Source of the DNA: Clostridiales bacterium
GTDB taxonomy: Bacteria; Bacillota; Clostridia; Oscillospirales; Acutalibacteraceae
DNA: 64,000 nt
Direction of reading: 5' to 3'
NCBI GenBank assembly: GCA_019418545.1
Contig: DYBQ01000003.1
Location: forward strand, 1-64,000
The notes under the pieces were generated by a model that was not told the DNA's origin, searched no databases, and saw only the letters and a program-made list of their open reading frames with translations. Numbering within the stretch: the stretch's first letter is position 1; each line of letters opens with the position of its first letter. Positions 28,316 through 38,387 of this stretch are shown in pieces. The position numbers were made by a program, and so were the translations under genes.

Positions 28316-31300
28316 TTAACCCTCAGTATATTTGCGACGAAAAACGAAAACAACTGCAAAACCAAACATTAATCCAGTAAACATTAATAACAAATCTGTA
28401 TTGCTGTCTCCTGTTTCTGGTATCTGGGAATTATTATTTTCATCGGTGGGACTATTCGAAGAAGTTTCATTTCCAGAAGTACCATTGTCCGGCTTGCTGG
28501 CGTTATTATCTCCCTTACCATCATCAGTATCGGGCTTACCAGTATCGGCACTCAGATTTTCAATGGCATTTTTCAGCTCAGTTACGGCCTCATCTACCAC
28601 AGCCTGGTTATTTTCGCTCAGTGTTTCATCTGCCAACACCAGATTTGCATTGTACAGAGCAGCGCGGAATACTGCCACACTTTCTGCTGTATAACCGCTC
28701 AAATCCATTCCTTCTGCCTTGTTAACCAGCTCTTCCAGAATCGATTTGTCCGCCTTAAACCGCTGGGCCAAAATTGCATTCAGCAGAGCTTCTGTTGCCG
28801 GCTGTACATCTTCTTCCATAGCGTCGCCGTCTGCCATCACTTTTTTGGCCTCAGCCAGGGCATCCACCAGCAGCTGCCAATTGTCCTGCACATACTTGTC
28901 CTGGTTAGGAATCATAGCCTCTGCCTTAGCAATCAGCTGTTCAAACAAAGTCTTGTCGCCTTGTACAAGTCCCAGACCCCAAATGCCATCAAGCAGATTG
29001 TCCCATGCAGTATTGACTTCTTCCTGAGTTGCCTTAGCGTCATCCAAAACGGCCTTGGCTTCTGCTACTGCTTTTTCAAAGTATGATTTTGCGCTATCCG
29101 TCACACCTTCTGTGCTCAGGGTCAAGGCATAGTCATAGGTTTTCTGCAGCAGGGTTTTATTGGGAGCCACATACTCTTCCAGACCTGCAATCGCATCATT
29201 CAGAGCCTTTACAGCTGCATCTACTTCTTCCTGGGTAGCTTCTGCATTATCGTTTACTTCATTTGCTTTTTCCAGCGCATCCGCAAATACTGCCCAACTA
29301 GCCTTGGTGTAATCAGCTTCTTCATACTGCGCTGCTTCTGCAATTGCATTTTCCAACGCAGTTTTGTCAGCAGCAGGAACGGCAGCTACTACACGGACAT
29401 TGTCTACTTCTGCATATTCACGGCCAAAACCAATACCGATACCACCTGTGGCACGCATCTGGTCAGTTTCAAACTCATAAATCAGCTCAGAATCAATAAA
29501 GTAACGCACACGATTTCCAAGGTGTTCTACGCGGCAATGATAGGTTTTTCCAGTCTCTACCACAAATGGGCTTCCTGTAGCAAAAGTAGTCCAGTTATTT
29601 CCTTTTCCCATCACAGCTTCCACTATGCCACTTTTTCTCATTGCCAACTGATTAAATTGACGAGGATTCAAACCAGTTCTGGATACCAGACCAATAGCAG
29701 AATACTCTTCAGCCCCATCCTGATAACCTGTGATGGTAATATCAGCTTCAAAGGCGTAGTCAGACCAATCAGCAGTATCATTGTTAACAAAGAATTCCTG
29801 CCAGCTGCCATCGTATTTCATTACACCGTTTTCGGTTTTTACTTCGCCTCCCTGCGGGCTGACCCACAGTTCGCTTGCACCATTATCAAAGTTATCCTCA
29901 AACAGGACTTCTACTTTTCTTGTGGTAACGGCAACAGGCTCACTGGCTTCTCCTTCACCTTTCTGGTTAGATGCGCTTACCTTATATTCATAGGTTTTTT
30001 CCGCAGCTACATTTTCATCGAGATAAGAGGCCGAATCAATATTTTCAGCTATTTTTTCAAAGGTATCTGTGCCTGCTTCCCGGCGATATACGGTATAGGT
30101 ATAATGATATCCTTCTTCCCAGGAAATCATGACTGCATCATAATCGTTTTCCAGCTTGATTTCTGTGGGAGCTTCGGGTACAGTTTCTTCTTTGGTAGTG
30201 ATTACAAAAATTTCGCTCTGGCTGTTTGCACCTGCCTGTCCCAAAGCAGAAACTCTCCAGTAATAAGTTTTGCCATAATCCAGTTCTACATCATCTATCC
30301 GAGTTTTTGTAGTTTCCTGGCTTACCAGAATATCTGTAAATTCAGCATCAGAGGCAATTTCCAATTGATATTTCGCTGCATTTTCAGAAGCATTCCAAGA
30401 AAAGTCTACAACAGGAGCCAAGTCTTTTGCATTATTTTCGGGAGAAGAAAGTACCGGTACGCCCAGAGGAGCGGTTTTAAAACCACCGACTGCTTCTTCT
30501 GCCTGATTCATAATGGACTGATACAACTCGTCATAGCCAGCGGGCTTATCAGGCCAACCATACTGGTTATCAATATAGGGGTTGTCACCCTTATTCAGTT
30601 CTGCCTGGTCAATTGCCCAAATACGGTTTCCTTCTACAGTTGCTCCATCAGTATAGTCGTCCATATACAACGGCCACAGCATATGACGTCCCTTTACTGA
30701 CTTATGCATGACATTAAAGCTGAAGCTGTTGCCCAAGCCAGGATACCAAGCATACAAGCATCCGCCATCATTCATATCCGTCATATACTCTTCGATGATA
30801 TTGTATTCTACTACATTATTGACCGAGTGCTGATATTCCTTGCAGTCCCAGCGGCCAAAGTCTTTTCCGCCCAGCTCGTCCCAACGGATGTTATATTGAC
30901 GGTGTTTATCGCCAAAAGTATCATACGATGCACGGGTATCAGGGGTAGAAGCCGACATACTGTTATGGTCTGTTCCCATAATACTAAACGCTGTATATGG
31001 AACATTGGTAATATAGTTATAGGTCAACGTGTTATAACCACTTCCAAACACACTAACAGCCGGGGAATGAAGATAAGGTGCCCGTCCGGTATCATGGATA
31101 TTGTTATACATAACGGTATTATGGTGGTTTACATCAGTAGTGCCTACACCATATCCATTAATCTGGACGCCGCCGCATCCTAAATCGCCCAATTCGTTTC
31201 CGATAATATTATTATTCTGTGCGTAATGGTCCAGTGTTACCGCATAGGTTCCCGAATGACGCAGAGTACAATCAGTAATTGTACAATTTGCTGTTCCCTG

Positions 31301-33223
31301 GAAATAAACCATAGCATCGGGGTTTTCGGCATTTCTTACCAGCCAGTCATCTCCAAACTGGTTTTCGGGAACACGGTCGGAATATTCAATGGTCAAGCCA
31401 CTGAGAGTAATATATTCTACCTGTTTTTCCCAATTCTGCTCTTCTTCGTCTCCTTGGAAGCGAATCAATTCATACGGTTTTGGAGCAATCATTCGGCTGT
31501 CTTCAGGATTGCCGTTTTCCGGCCAGTAATACACTTTGCCTGCTTTACTGTCGACACACCATTCACCAGGTTCATCGATAAATTTCAGTGCATTCAGGAT
31601 TTGGTAGTAACCATAATCATTATCACCAAAAGTGGCAGGGTTCATAGATTGCAGATAGACTGTATTAGACTCTTCATCAATTTCCGTCACAACCGGCAAA
31701 TAGTTCCAGTAAACTACTGGCATCAGATTAAGTTCAATGTCCTCGCTGCCATTGAGTCCATCCAGCATACCGTCCTGGAAGGTTGCCAAAATTCCCTTTT
31801 CTTTGTCAGGAGCTGCACGGTGAACCATCGTCGGCCACTGTCCCCAGTCATTGGTATTGGTACTGCGGGAAACTTGCAGCCGCTTTCCATCGGCATACAA
31901 ATCGTGGAAACGCCATCCGGCTTCTACATCTGCAACATACAGGTTTCCTTTTGCAGCATCAGAAACATTTTCCAAATTTTCATCTGCAAGCTGCCATCCG
32001 GTAATTTCCTGTCCGCCGGTAATCACTGCTGTCTCTCCAGGATAAGAAGCATACACGATAGGTTTATCCCGTTCGCCGCTGTCTTCTGGCGTAAAGGTTA
32101 GGGTTTCTCCCTGATAATATTCGCCTTCCCGCAGATAAACCGTCACACCACCCTGCGGCAAAACCTCCAGATTGCGGATTGCATTGCGGGCAGCCTGAAT
32201 CGTTTGGAAAGGAGATTCCTCTGTTCCGGGGTTCTCATCATTTCCGTTGGGAGAAACATAGTAGAAGGTAGTACACTCGGGCACTTCATAGACTTCTACC
32301 TGACACTGGGCGCTGACTTCAGGAGCGGATGCAGATGTAACGGTAATCACAGTAGTACCTGCTGCAACAGCCGTTACTATGCCTTCGTCGCTCACTTGTG
32401 CCACATTGGAATCAGCACTTTCCCACACCAAAGATTTATCAGAAGCATTTTCCGGTGTAACAGATGCAGAAAGCGATGCTGTTTTCCCTGCTTCCAAAGA
32501 CATTTCACTTTGGCTGAGGGTGATTGTCTCCACAGGAATCTGATGCTCAATTCCCGTCACCTTAAAGTTATCAACCCAAAAATCTCCATACACACCTTCA
32601 ATGGAAACGCCGCCAAAGGTAAGGCTTGGACTTTCGGTATCTGTGTATGTAATGACAGGTTCTGTAAATTCCTGTCCTTTTTCCGCAAAATATGCCCGGA
32701 TTACATTACCGTCAAAATCCAGCTTCATATGATAGTCTTTCCCAGTATCCAATGTAAAGGGCACTTCCATAATTGGATGACCCCATCCATCATAGAATTT
32801 ATTCAGTTCCAACACTCCACGTTTCCGGTAATACAAACCCCATCGGTCTTTGCTGGCGGAGCAGCGTCCGGAAATGCCAATGCTGTCATATTGTCCGTTA
32901 TATTCCGAAGGCTCAATCCAATGGTTAATCCGAAAATCCATTTCGATTGAGTAATCAGTCCACTCTGCTTTTCCCAAATTCAAATAAGCAGATGGCCAAT
33001 CACCTGTAACATTCCAAACTTTATTTCCTGTACCATCATCTACAATCTGCTCAGACAAATCAATATCCCAACCTTCCTGGACATCACCATCAAAGGTTTC
33101 ATAAAACAGAACATTGTCTTCCTCTGCTTCAGCTGTAGGTTCTGCTAAAACAGGAATCGCTGTCTGCACCAGCAAAACACCTGCGAGCAGCAGGCTTCCC
33201 AGTGCTTTTTTCCAGGATTTCAT
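28316..33223 (-). CDS. Cell-wall-anchored multidomain beta-helix protein, paralog C (1635 aa)
   Basis: Signal peptide; LamG/DUF1080; Big_2; beta-helix; two FN3-like domains; a second LamG/DUF1080-like domain; three FIVAR-like repeats; diverged copy of the C-terminal cassette; PETGD + TM + RRKYTEG sorting signal. Confidence 0.9.
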   Translation of the reverse strand: MKSWKKALGSLLLAGVLLVQTAIPVLAEPTAEAEEDNVLFYETFDGDVQEGWDIDLSEQIVDDGTGNKVWNVTGDWPSAYLNLGKAEWTDYSIEMDFRINHWIEPSEYNGQYDSIGISGRCSASKDRWGLYYRKRGVLELNKFYDGWGHPIMEVPFTLDTGKDYHMKLDFDGNVIRAYFAEKGQEFTEPVITYTDTESPSLTFGGVSIEGVYGDFWVDNFKVTGIEHQIPVETITLSQSEMSLEAGKTASLSASVTPENASDKSLVWESADSNVAQVSDEGIVTAVAAGTTVITVTSASAPEVSAQCQVEVYEVPECTTFYYVSPNGNDENPGTEESPFQTIQAARNAIRNLEVLPQGGVTVYLREGEYYQGETLTFTPEDSGERDKPIVYASYPGETAVITGGQEITGWQLADENLENVSDAAKGNLYVADVEAGWRFHDLYADGKRLQVSRSTNTNDWGQWPTMVHRAAPDKEKGILATFQDGMLDGLNGSEDIELNLMPVVYWNYLPVVTEIDEESNTVYLQSMNPATFGDNDYGYYQILNALKFIDEPGEWCVDSKAGKVYYWPENGNPEDSRMIAPKPYELIRFQGDEEEQNWEKQVEYITLSGLTIEYSDRVPENQFGDDWLVRNAENPDAMVYFQGTANCTITDCTLRHSGTYAVTLDHYAQNNNIIGNELGDLGCGGVQINGYGVGTTDVNHHNTVMYNNIHDTGRAPYLHSPAVSVFGSGYNTLTYNYITNVPYTAFSIMGTDHNSMSASTPDTRASYDTFGDKHRQYNIRWDELGGKDFGRWDCKEYQHSVNNVVEYNIIEEYMTDMNDGGCLYAWYPGLGNSFSFNVMHKSVKGRHMLWPLYMDDYTDGATVEGNRIWAIDQAELNKGDNPYIDNQYGWPDKPAGYDELYQSIMNQAEEAVGGFKTAPLGVPVLSSPENNAKDLAPVVDFSWNASENAAKYQLEIASDAEFTDILVSQETTKTRIDDVELDYGKTYYWRVSALGQAGANSQSEIFVITTKEETVPEAPTEIKLENDYDAVMISWEEGYHYTYTVYRREAGTDTFEKIAENIDSASYLDENVAAEKTYEYKVSASNQKGEGEASEPVAVTTRKVEVLFEDNFDNGASELWVSPQGGEVKTENGVMKYDGSWQEFFVNNDTADWSDYAFEADITITGYQDGAEEYSAIGLVSRTGLNPRQFNQLAMRKSGIVEAVMGKGNNWTTFATGSPFVVETGKTYHCRVEHLGNRVRYFIDSELIYEFETDQMRATGGIGIGFGREYAEVDNVRVVAAVPAADKTALENAIAEAAQYEEADYTKASWAVFADALEKANEVNDNAEATQEEVDAAVKALNDAIAGLEEYVAPNKTLLQKTYDYALTLSTEGVTDSAKSYFEKAVAEAKAVLDDAKATQEEVNTAWDNLLDGIWGLGLVQGDKTLFEQLIAKAEAMIPNQDKYVQDNWQLLVDALAEAKKVMADGDAMEEDVQPATEALLNAILAQRFKADKSILEELVNKAEGMDLSGYTAESVAVFRAALYNANLVLADETLSENNQAVVDEAVTELKNAIENLSADTGKPDTDDGKGDNNASKPDNGTSGNETSSNSPTDENNNSQIPETGDSNTDLLLMFTGLMFGFAVVFVFRRKYTEG

Positions 33224-33264
33224 TTTTCATACACTTCCTCTCTTTTTCATGCATCCGTCAATTC

Positions 33265-34329
33265 CTAGCTGCATTTTTCATTAGCAAATTCAAGAATTTC
33301 TTTGGCCTCCTTCTCTGTATACTCAAAATCAAAATAACAGGACAATCCCTGCGGATGCAGCTGGGTGAATATTTCCTCCACATCCTCTCTCTGCAACCCG
33401 ATATTGATAAGCTTTCCTGCATTTTGAATTTTCTTTAAAACTTCAATCCAATACCGGGCAGACGGCTGCCCTGCTCCATATACCCACTGGATTCCTGCCA
33501 GCTCAGGGATTGCCAGCAAATCATCCAGATGCTTTAGCGCGCCCGGTCCATCCAGATGGAAAATGGTGTTTCCTTTCAGATATCGGATTTCCTCCCGAAG
33601 CTCCGGCAAAATCAGCTCTCGGAACGTATCTTGAGACACCATACAAATGAAATCCGAAGATGTTACATACCATGGCTCTTTTTTATAAAGCCCCATCCAA
33701 TTGGATGTACCTACCTGGTATTTTTGGGTTATACGGTACAGCTCTTCAAATTGCCGCTGAAATGCCGGAAGTAAAACCGTCTTTGCATTTTCAAACACTT
33801 CTGGCTGGTCAATGACATCAAAGCACAGATTTTCCGGACCCCGGATAGACACTAGCCCATCTGCGCCCATATGTAAATCGGTAATCCCCACCAGGTATTC
33901 TCCTCGGCTATCTTCTGTAAAAGCCTCTGTGATTTCCCGGATTTTCTGCCACCATGGGTTTTCCTCATGAAACGTAAAATCTTCTGTCCAATCCTTTACA
34001 AACGGTACGCTATAGCTGGTGGTTTCTTCAAAAATCAAATCTGCTCCTAAAGATGCACCAAAAATATCTGGTCCCAAGTTGGGATTTACCAAGGGGAAAG
34101 CGTCTCCCAAATAAAAAGAGGAATCGAGCACAGCTCTTTCTTTTTGAATCAGATACTCTATATCTGTCCACTTTTCTTTTTGGGTGGAAGGAACTTTTTG
34201 CAGTTGAGGGATTTCTTTTTTCTGTCCCTTTAGTAATAAGACTGGAGTTTGATTGCGGCAGTTCCAGAAATCTTCATATCGTTCTGATAACTGTTCTGTA
34301 TTCATACATTTCTCTCTTTCAAATTTCAT
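33265..34329 (-). CDS. Uroporphyrinogen-decarboxylase (URO-D/MtaA)-family protein; start uncertain (34329 or 34305)
   Basis: Overall similarity to the second URO-D-like gene at 38388..39452; TIM-barrel URO-D-like pattern. Confidence 0.55.
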   Translation of the reverse strand: MKFEREKCMNTEQLSERYEDFWNCRNQTPVLLLKGQKKEIPQLQKVPSTQKEKWTDIEYLIQKERAVLDSSFYLGDAFPLVNPNLGPDIFGASLGADLIFEETTSYSVPFVKDWTEDFTFHEENPWWQKIREITEAFTEDSRGEYLVGITDLHMGADGLVSIRGPENLCFDVIDQPEVFENAKTVLLPAFQRQFEELYRITQKYQVGTSNWMGLYKKEPWYVTSSDFICMVSQDTFRELILPELREEIRYLKGNTIFHLDGPGALKHLDDLLAIPELAGIQWVYGAGQPSARYWIEVLKKIQNAGKLINIGLQREDVEEIFTQLHPQGLSCYFDFEYTEKEAKEILEFANEKCS

Positions 34330-34429
34330 GGTTTCTCATTTTTTCAATAATGAAACCCCTAAACATCCCGTGATTTTTCAGTCAGTTTAGGGGTTTCAAA
34401 CGCTATGCTGTTACGCGGTGGGAATTAAT

Positions 34430-35944
34430 TTACTTAGTCTTTTTCCATTCGTCAACCTGACGCTGCACTTCATCGATAATCTTCTGTGCACCGGCATTTT
34501 CCAGCTTCTCCAGGAATTCAGGCATATACTTATCGGGGTCCATAGAACCGCTGTCCAGAGCCAGTTCATACTCAGCCTTTACTGCGCTGACGCTGGCCAT
34601 TTCGGTCTGTACCTTGGTGGAGTCAAATGCAAAGCCCAGTGCCGGGGATGCTTTTGCAGTATTGTTGATTTCCTGAGTCTGCTCCCAAGTATCCTCGTCC
34701 TGGCCTTCCTTCAAATAAGCCAGATACTGGTTGCCATAAGCCCAGTCCATATTGGGAGTATAGCCGGAATTCTCAATAGGAGCGATATAGTTTTCTTTGC
34801 CTTCAATCTTGTTATAGTGCTTACCTTCGATACCCTGGGTAATCAGGTTGTACAAATAGACATCGCTGTTCACCAAATCCAGGAATTCCACTGCCTTTTC
34901 AGGATTCTTGGAAGTCCGGCTGACAGCAGTCATTGTAGCAGTGATACCACTGGTAGGCAGCCAGGAGTCAGACAACTGGATTTGAACTGCTTCTTTTCCG
35001 CCAAAATCGGCTTCGATGGTTGCCTGTCCGCCGGGTTTCATAGTGCCGTCAAATCTGGCGATATATTTGCCAGCCTTCAAGCCTGCTTTATCGTTATCCA
35101 GTGTTGCAATGTCTTTGCGAATGATGCCCTTCTGGTTCCACTCATACATGAGCTTATAGTGCTCTTGCACCTGCGGCAGCTCGAACTGGTTGATAACTTC
35201 CAAGTTCTCGTCATCCAGCATTACCACGCCAGGGATGTGGCGGCCAGCAAGCTCATCATATCCCATTACAAAGGTCTGGAAGTCCAGAATACCGCCCTTA
35301 TCTGCATACATGGGATAAATCTCGGGATGGTCAGCTTTTACAGCTTCAAAGAAAGATGTCAAATCAGACAAATCATTAACAGTGGAAACATCCAGCTTAT
35401 ATTCATCTACATAATCCTTGACAATATAGATAACATTTGTCATAGCCCAAATCTGCTGATTGGGAACTGCCATAATCTTTCCGTCTACCTTTGCAGCTTC
35501 CCATCCGTTCTCCGGCATATCCTTCATCAGGTTGGGGGCATGCTCTTTCAGCAGGTCATCCAGCTCCAAATAGGCTTTCTTATTTACGTTGGTATAGAAA
35601 TTGTTCAGCCAGTGAGCCGTAAAGGTCAAGTCAAAGGGAGTCTGTCCGGCAATAGTGGTCTGCATCTTGGTATCAAAGTTACCGCCATCAATTTCAATGA
35701 TATTCAGGGTGCAGTTCATCTTTTCTTCCAGATACTTGTTGACCTCTTCCATAACTGCATCATGGTCAGCCTGTGCTGCTACCGGCATATACCAGGTAAG
35801 CTCCACTTTTTCCTCGGAATTACCGCTATCGTTCCCACTGTCTCCTGTAGAGGTATTTGCAGTCTGCTGAGAACATCCAGCAAAAGAGCCGGCTGCCAGC
35901 GCTGCTGCCAGCAAACAAATCAGGATTTTTTTCAACTTCAACAC
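34430..35944 (-). CDS. ABC transporter extracellular solute-binding lipoprotein (family 1, LplA-like)
   Basis: GTG start with RBS AAAGGGG; signal peptide LKLKKILICLLAAALAAGSFAGCS with a lipobox; SBP_bac_1-like length and composition. Confidence 0.85.
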   Translation of the reverse strand: MLKLKKILICLLAAALAAGSFAGCSQQTANTSTGDSGNDSGNSEEKVELTWYMPVAAQADHDAVMEEVNKYLEEKMNCTLNIIEIDGGNFDTKMQTTIAGQTPFDLTFTAHWLNNFYTNVNKKAYLELDDLLKEHAPNLMKDMPENGWEAAKVDGKIMAVPNQQIWAMTNVIYIVKDYVDEYKLDVSTVNDLSDLTSFFEAVKADHPEIYPMYADKGGILDFQTFVMGYDELAGRHIPGVVMLDDENLEVINQFELPQVQEHYKLMYEWNQKGIIRKDIATLDNDKAGLKAGKYIARFDGTMKPGGQATIEADFGGKEAVQIQLSDSWLPTSGITATMTAVSRTSKNPEKAVEFLDLVNSDVYLYNLITQGIEGKHYNKIEGKENYIAPIENSGYTPNMDWAYGNQYLAYLKEGQDEDTWEQTQEINNTAKASPALGFAFDSTKVQTEMASVSAVKAEYELALDSGSMDPDKYMPEFLEKLENAGAQKIIDEVQRQVDEWKKTK

Positions 35945-36038
35945 ATCAATTTCCCCTTTCAAAAATTAATTCTTCATTGTGTGCGCTATATATGAACCCG
36001 TACAAACGGTTTCATTGATAGAATGATATCATAATTGA

Positions 36039-36929
36039 TTAGCCTTTTACAGCTCCTACTGCCAAACCTTTGACAAAATGCTTTTGGAAAAATGGGAAAA
36101 TAAACAACATAGGACCTGCGGCCAATACACACAGCGCCATTCTGGCACTTTCATTTGGCAGGTTGGAAATATCAATACTAACATTACCTGCCTGCATCGT
36201 AGTAATTAAGAACTGAATGTTATTCATGATGCGATACAAATAATACTGCAGGGAATTCAGGGTCGCGTCATTGATATACATCAGGGACAGCCACCAGTCA
36301 TTCCAATAGGTAAAGGCAATAAACAGACCTACTGCTGCAAAAGCCGGTTTAGAAATCGGGATGATAATTCGGAAGAAAATTCCTACCTCACTTGCACCAT
36401 CAATTTTTGCTGCTTCGATTAGTGACATAGGCGTGTCACCAAAGAAGCCTTTCATCAAAAACACATGCCACGGCATAATGATATATGGAAGAATCAGTGC
36501 AAAAATTGTGTCACCCAAATGGTAGTAGTTGTTCAGCAAAATATAGGTGGGCACCATGCCTCCATTAAACAACAATGTGAACAAGGTCAGGAAGGATAAC
36601 AGCCCATGAAATTTAAAATCCTTTCTGGCAATCACATATCCCAGCATACTGGTAAACAACAAACTGAAAAATGTACCGACTACTGTAACACCTATGGTTA
36701 CCATATAAGAATTGATTAACTGCTTCGGGCTTTGGAAAATATATTCATAAGCCCTTACTGAAAATTCTCCCGGAATCAACGAATACCCTTCTGTAGAAAG
36801 AGAAACCTCGCTGGTAAGGGATGCAGATACAATATACAGAAGCGGAACTACGCAGCAAATGGAAACCAGGATAAAAATCAAATTGATGATAAAATTTGAT
36901 AAAAATGCGCTTTTCTTTGAACCTACCAC
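36039..36929 (-). CDS. Carbohydrate ABC transporter permease (LplC/BPD_transp_1)
   Basis: EAA-loop region AAKIDGASEVGIFFRIIIPISKP; six TM segments. Confidence 0.85.
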   Translation of the reverse strand: MVGSKKSAFLSNFIINLIFILVSICCVVPLLYIVSASLTSEVSLSTEGYSLIPGEFSVRAYEYIFQSPKQLINSYMVTIGVTVVGTFFSLLFTSMLGYVIARKDFKFHGLLSFLTLFTLLFNGGMVPTYILLNNYYHLGDTIFALILPYIIMPWHVFLMKGFFGDTPMSLIEAAKIDGASEVGIFFRIIIPISKPAFAAVGLFIAFTYWNDWWLSLMYINDATLNSLQYYLYRIMNNIQFLITTMQAGNVSIDISNLPNESARMALCVLAAGPMLFIFPFFQKHFVKGLAVGAVKG

Positions 36930-36943
36930 AATAATCCCCTCCT

Positions 36944-37879
36944 TTAAAACAGTGCGCTTTCGCGGTCGATTTTGCGAACTACCAGATTGCTTCCCAAAAC
37001 CAGGAGGAAACCGACGATAGACTGATACAAACCTACAGCAGAAGCCATTCCAATATCTCCGGTTACGCGCAAGGCACGGAATACATATGTATCAATAACA
37101 TCCGTTACAGAATACAGCGTTCCGGAATCCTTTGTGAGGAAGTAGAACATACCAAAGTCTGCATAGAAAATTTTGCCGATTTGAAGCAGAGAAAGCAGAA
37201 TAATAGTCGGAACCAAAAACGGAATGGAAATTTTGAGGGTGGTTTGGAAACGATTAGCTCCATCAATGGCTGCTGCTTCAAACTGTGTGGTATCAATACC
37301 CATCAGAGTTGCATAGAAAAGAAGCGTCATATATCCAACATTTTTCCATACATAAGAGAACAATAGAATCCATGGCCAGTATTCGGGAGCGTTATAAAAG
37401 TTCGGAACCTCCATTCCCATCTTTTCCAGCAGGTTGGGCAATACACCCATATCCGGGCTCAAAAAAGCATAGAGAACATAACTGGCTACTACCCATGATA
37501 CAAAATATGGAACAAACATACAAGTCTGATACAACTTTACCTGACGTCTGCCGAGCTCAAACAGCAGCAATGCCAGCAATACCGACAAAATAATTGTTAC
37601 TGCAATAAATAAAAAGTTTAAGCATATGGTGTTGCGTGTAATTCGGAAAGCATCCTGAGAGCCAAAGAAAAACTCAAAGTTGTCAAATCCGCACCAATCA
37701 CTTTGGAAAATACCTTTGGAATAATCGATTCGTTTAAATGGAATAATTAATCCAAAAAGCGGCGCATAATAAAAGGCCAACAAAAAAATCAGCCCTGGTA
37801 CTGCCAGCAAAAACAGCCCCCAATTCATTTTTTTCTTTTTTTGCACAAAAAACCATCCCTTTCTCAAAGTGAAAACCAT
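36944..37879 (-). CDS. Carbohydrate ABC transporter permease (LplB-like); start uncertain
   Basis: AAAIDGANRFQTTLKISIPFLVPT EAA loop; KKKK before the first TM. Confidence 0.8.
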   Translation of the reverse strand: MVFTLRKGWFFVQKKKKMNWGLFLLAVPGLIFLLAFYYAPLFGLIIPFKRIDYSKGIFQSDWCGFDNFEFFFGSQDAFRITRNTICLNFLFIAVTIILSVLLALLLFELGRRQVKLYQTCMFVPYFVSWVVASYVLYAFLSPDMGVLPNLLEKMGMEVPNFYNAPEYWPWILLFSYVWKNVGYMTLLFYATLMGIDTTQFEAAAIDGANRFQTTLKISIPFLVPTIILLSLLQIGKIFYADFGMFYFLTKDSGTLYSVTDVIDTYVFRALRVTGDIGMASAVGLYQSIVGFLLVLGSNLVVRKIDRESALF

Positions 37880-38278
37880 GTCACCAGATTTACACCTACA
37901 AACATTTTCAAAATCATCCTGCAACATTACCAATAGATATTCTCACATATACTTTTTATGAGAATCTATACGGATGTTTCTTTCACTCCCCAATCACTAT
38001 GATTCTGTTTTGTTTGTGTGTTTACAATGTACTGGTATTGCTGGTCAATGTTTTTTCTGTCTGTATGGTAACATGACGGAAATATCAGCTGCAACTCTAA
38101 AATTATCTTTTTAGACTATAACTTCATAACTATTATTTAAATTCTTTTGTGATTTCTCCAAACATGCCGAAATTATATATAAAATTGCACAAGTGTACAG
38201 TGGGTATCATTGTGTGTTATTGACACATTTGCCCAATTTCTGTTTTTATAAAACTTTTATTCAATAAAATCTATAATC

Positions 38279-38330
38279 AAAACAGGCACAGTACAAACGG
38301 AAGAGTCGTTTTGCACTGTGCCTGTTTTAA
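38279..38330. terminator. Hairpin terminator-like element between the URO-D-like gene and the ABC permease
   Basis: AAACAGGCACAGT...ACTGTGCCTGTTT stem; the T-tract is stronger on the + side. Confidence 0.4.
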
Positions 38331-38387
38331 TTTCATTATCCTACTTAGAAAGGATATTTCCAATATCCTGTGCAGCTTTACGATTAC

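Noticed and set aside
34418-35995. 525-aa + ORF covering the whole solute-binding-protein gene. Similar long antisense ORFs: 41997..43250, 48032..49114 (-), 55362..56165, 57980..58639, 18249..19307, 19482..20723, 29522..30700
   Set aside because: All are exact antisense of well-supported genes. They are Cys/His/Ile-rich low-complexity translations with no RBS. They are typical shadow ORFs arising from codon bias that avoids TTA, CTA and TCA.
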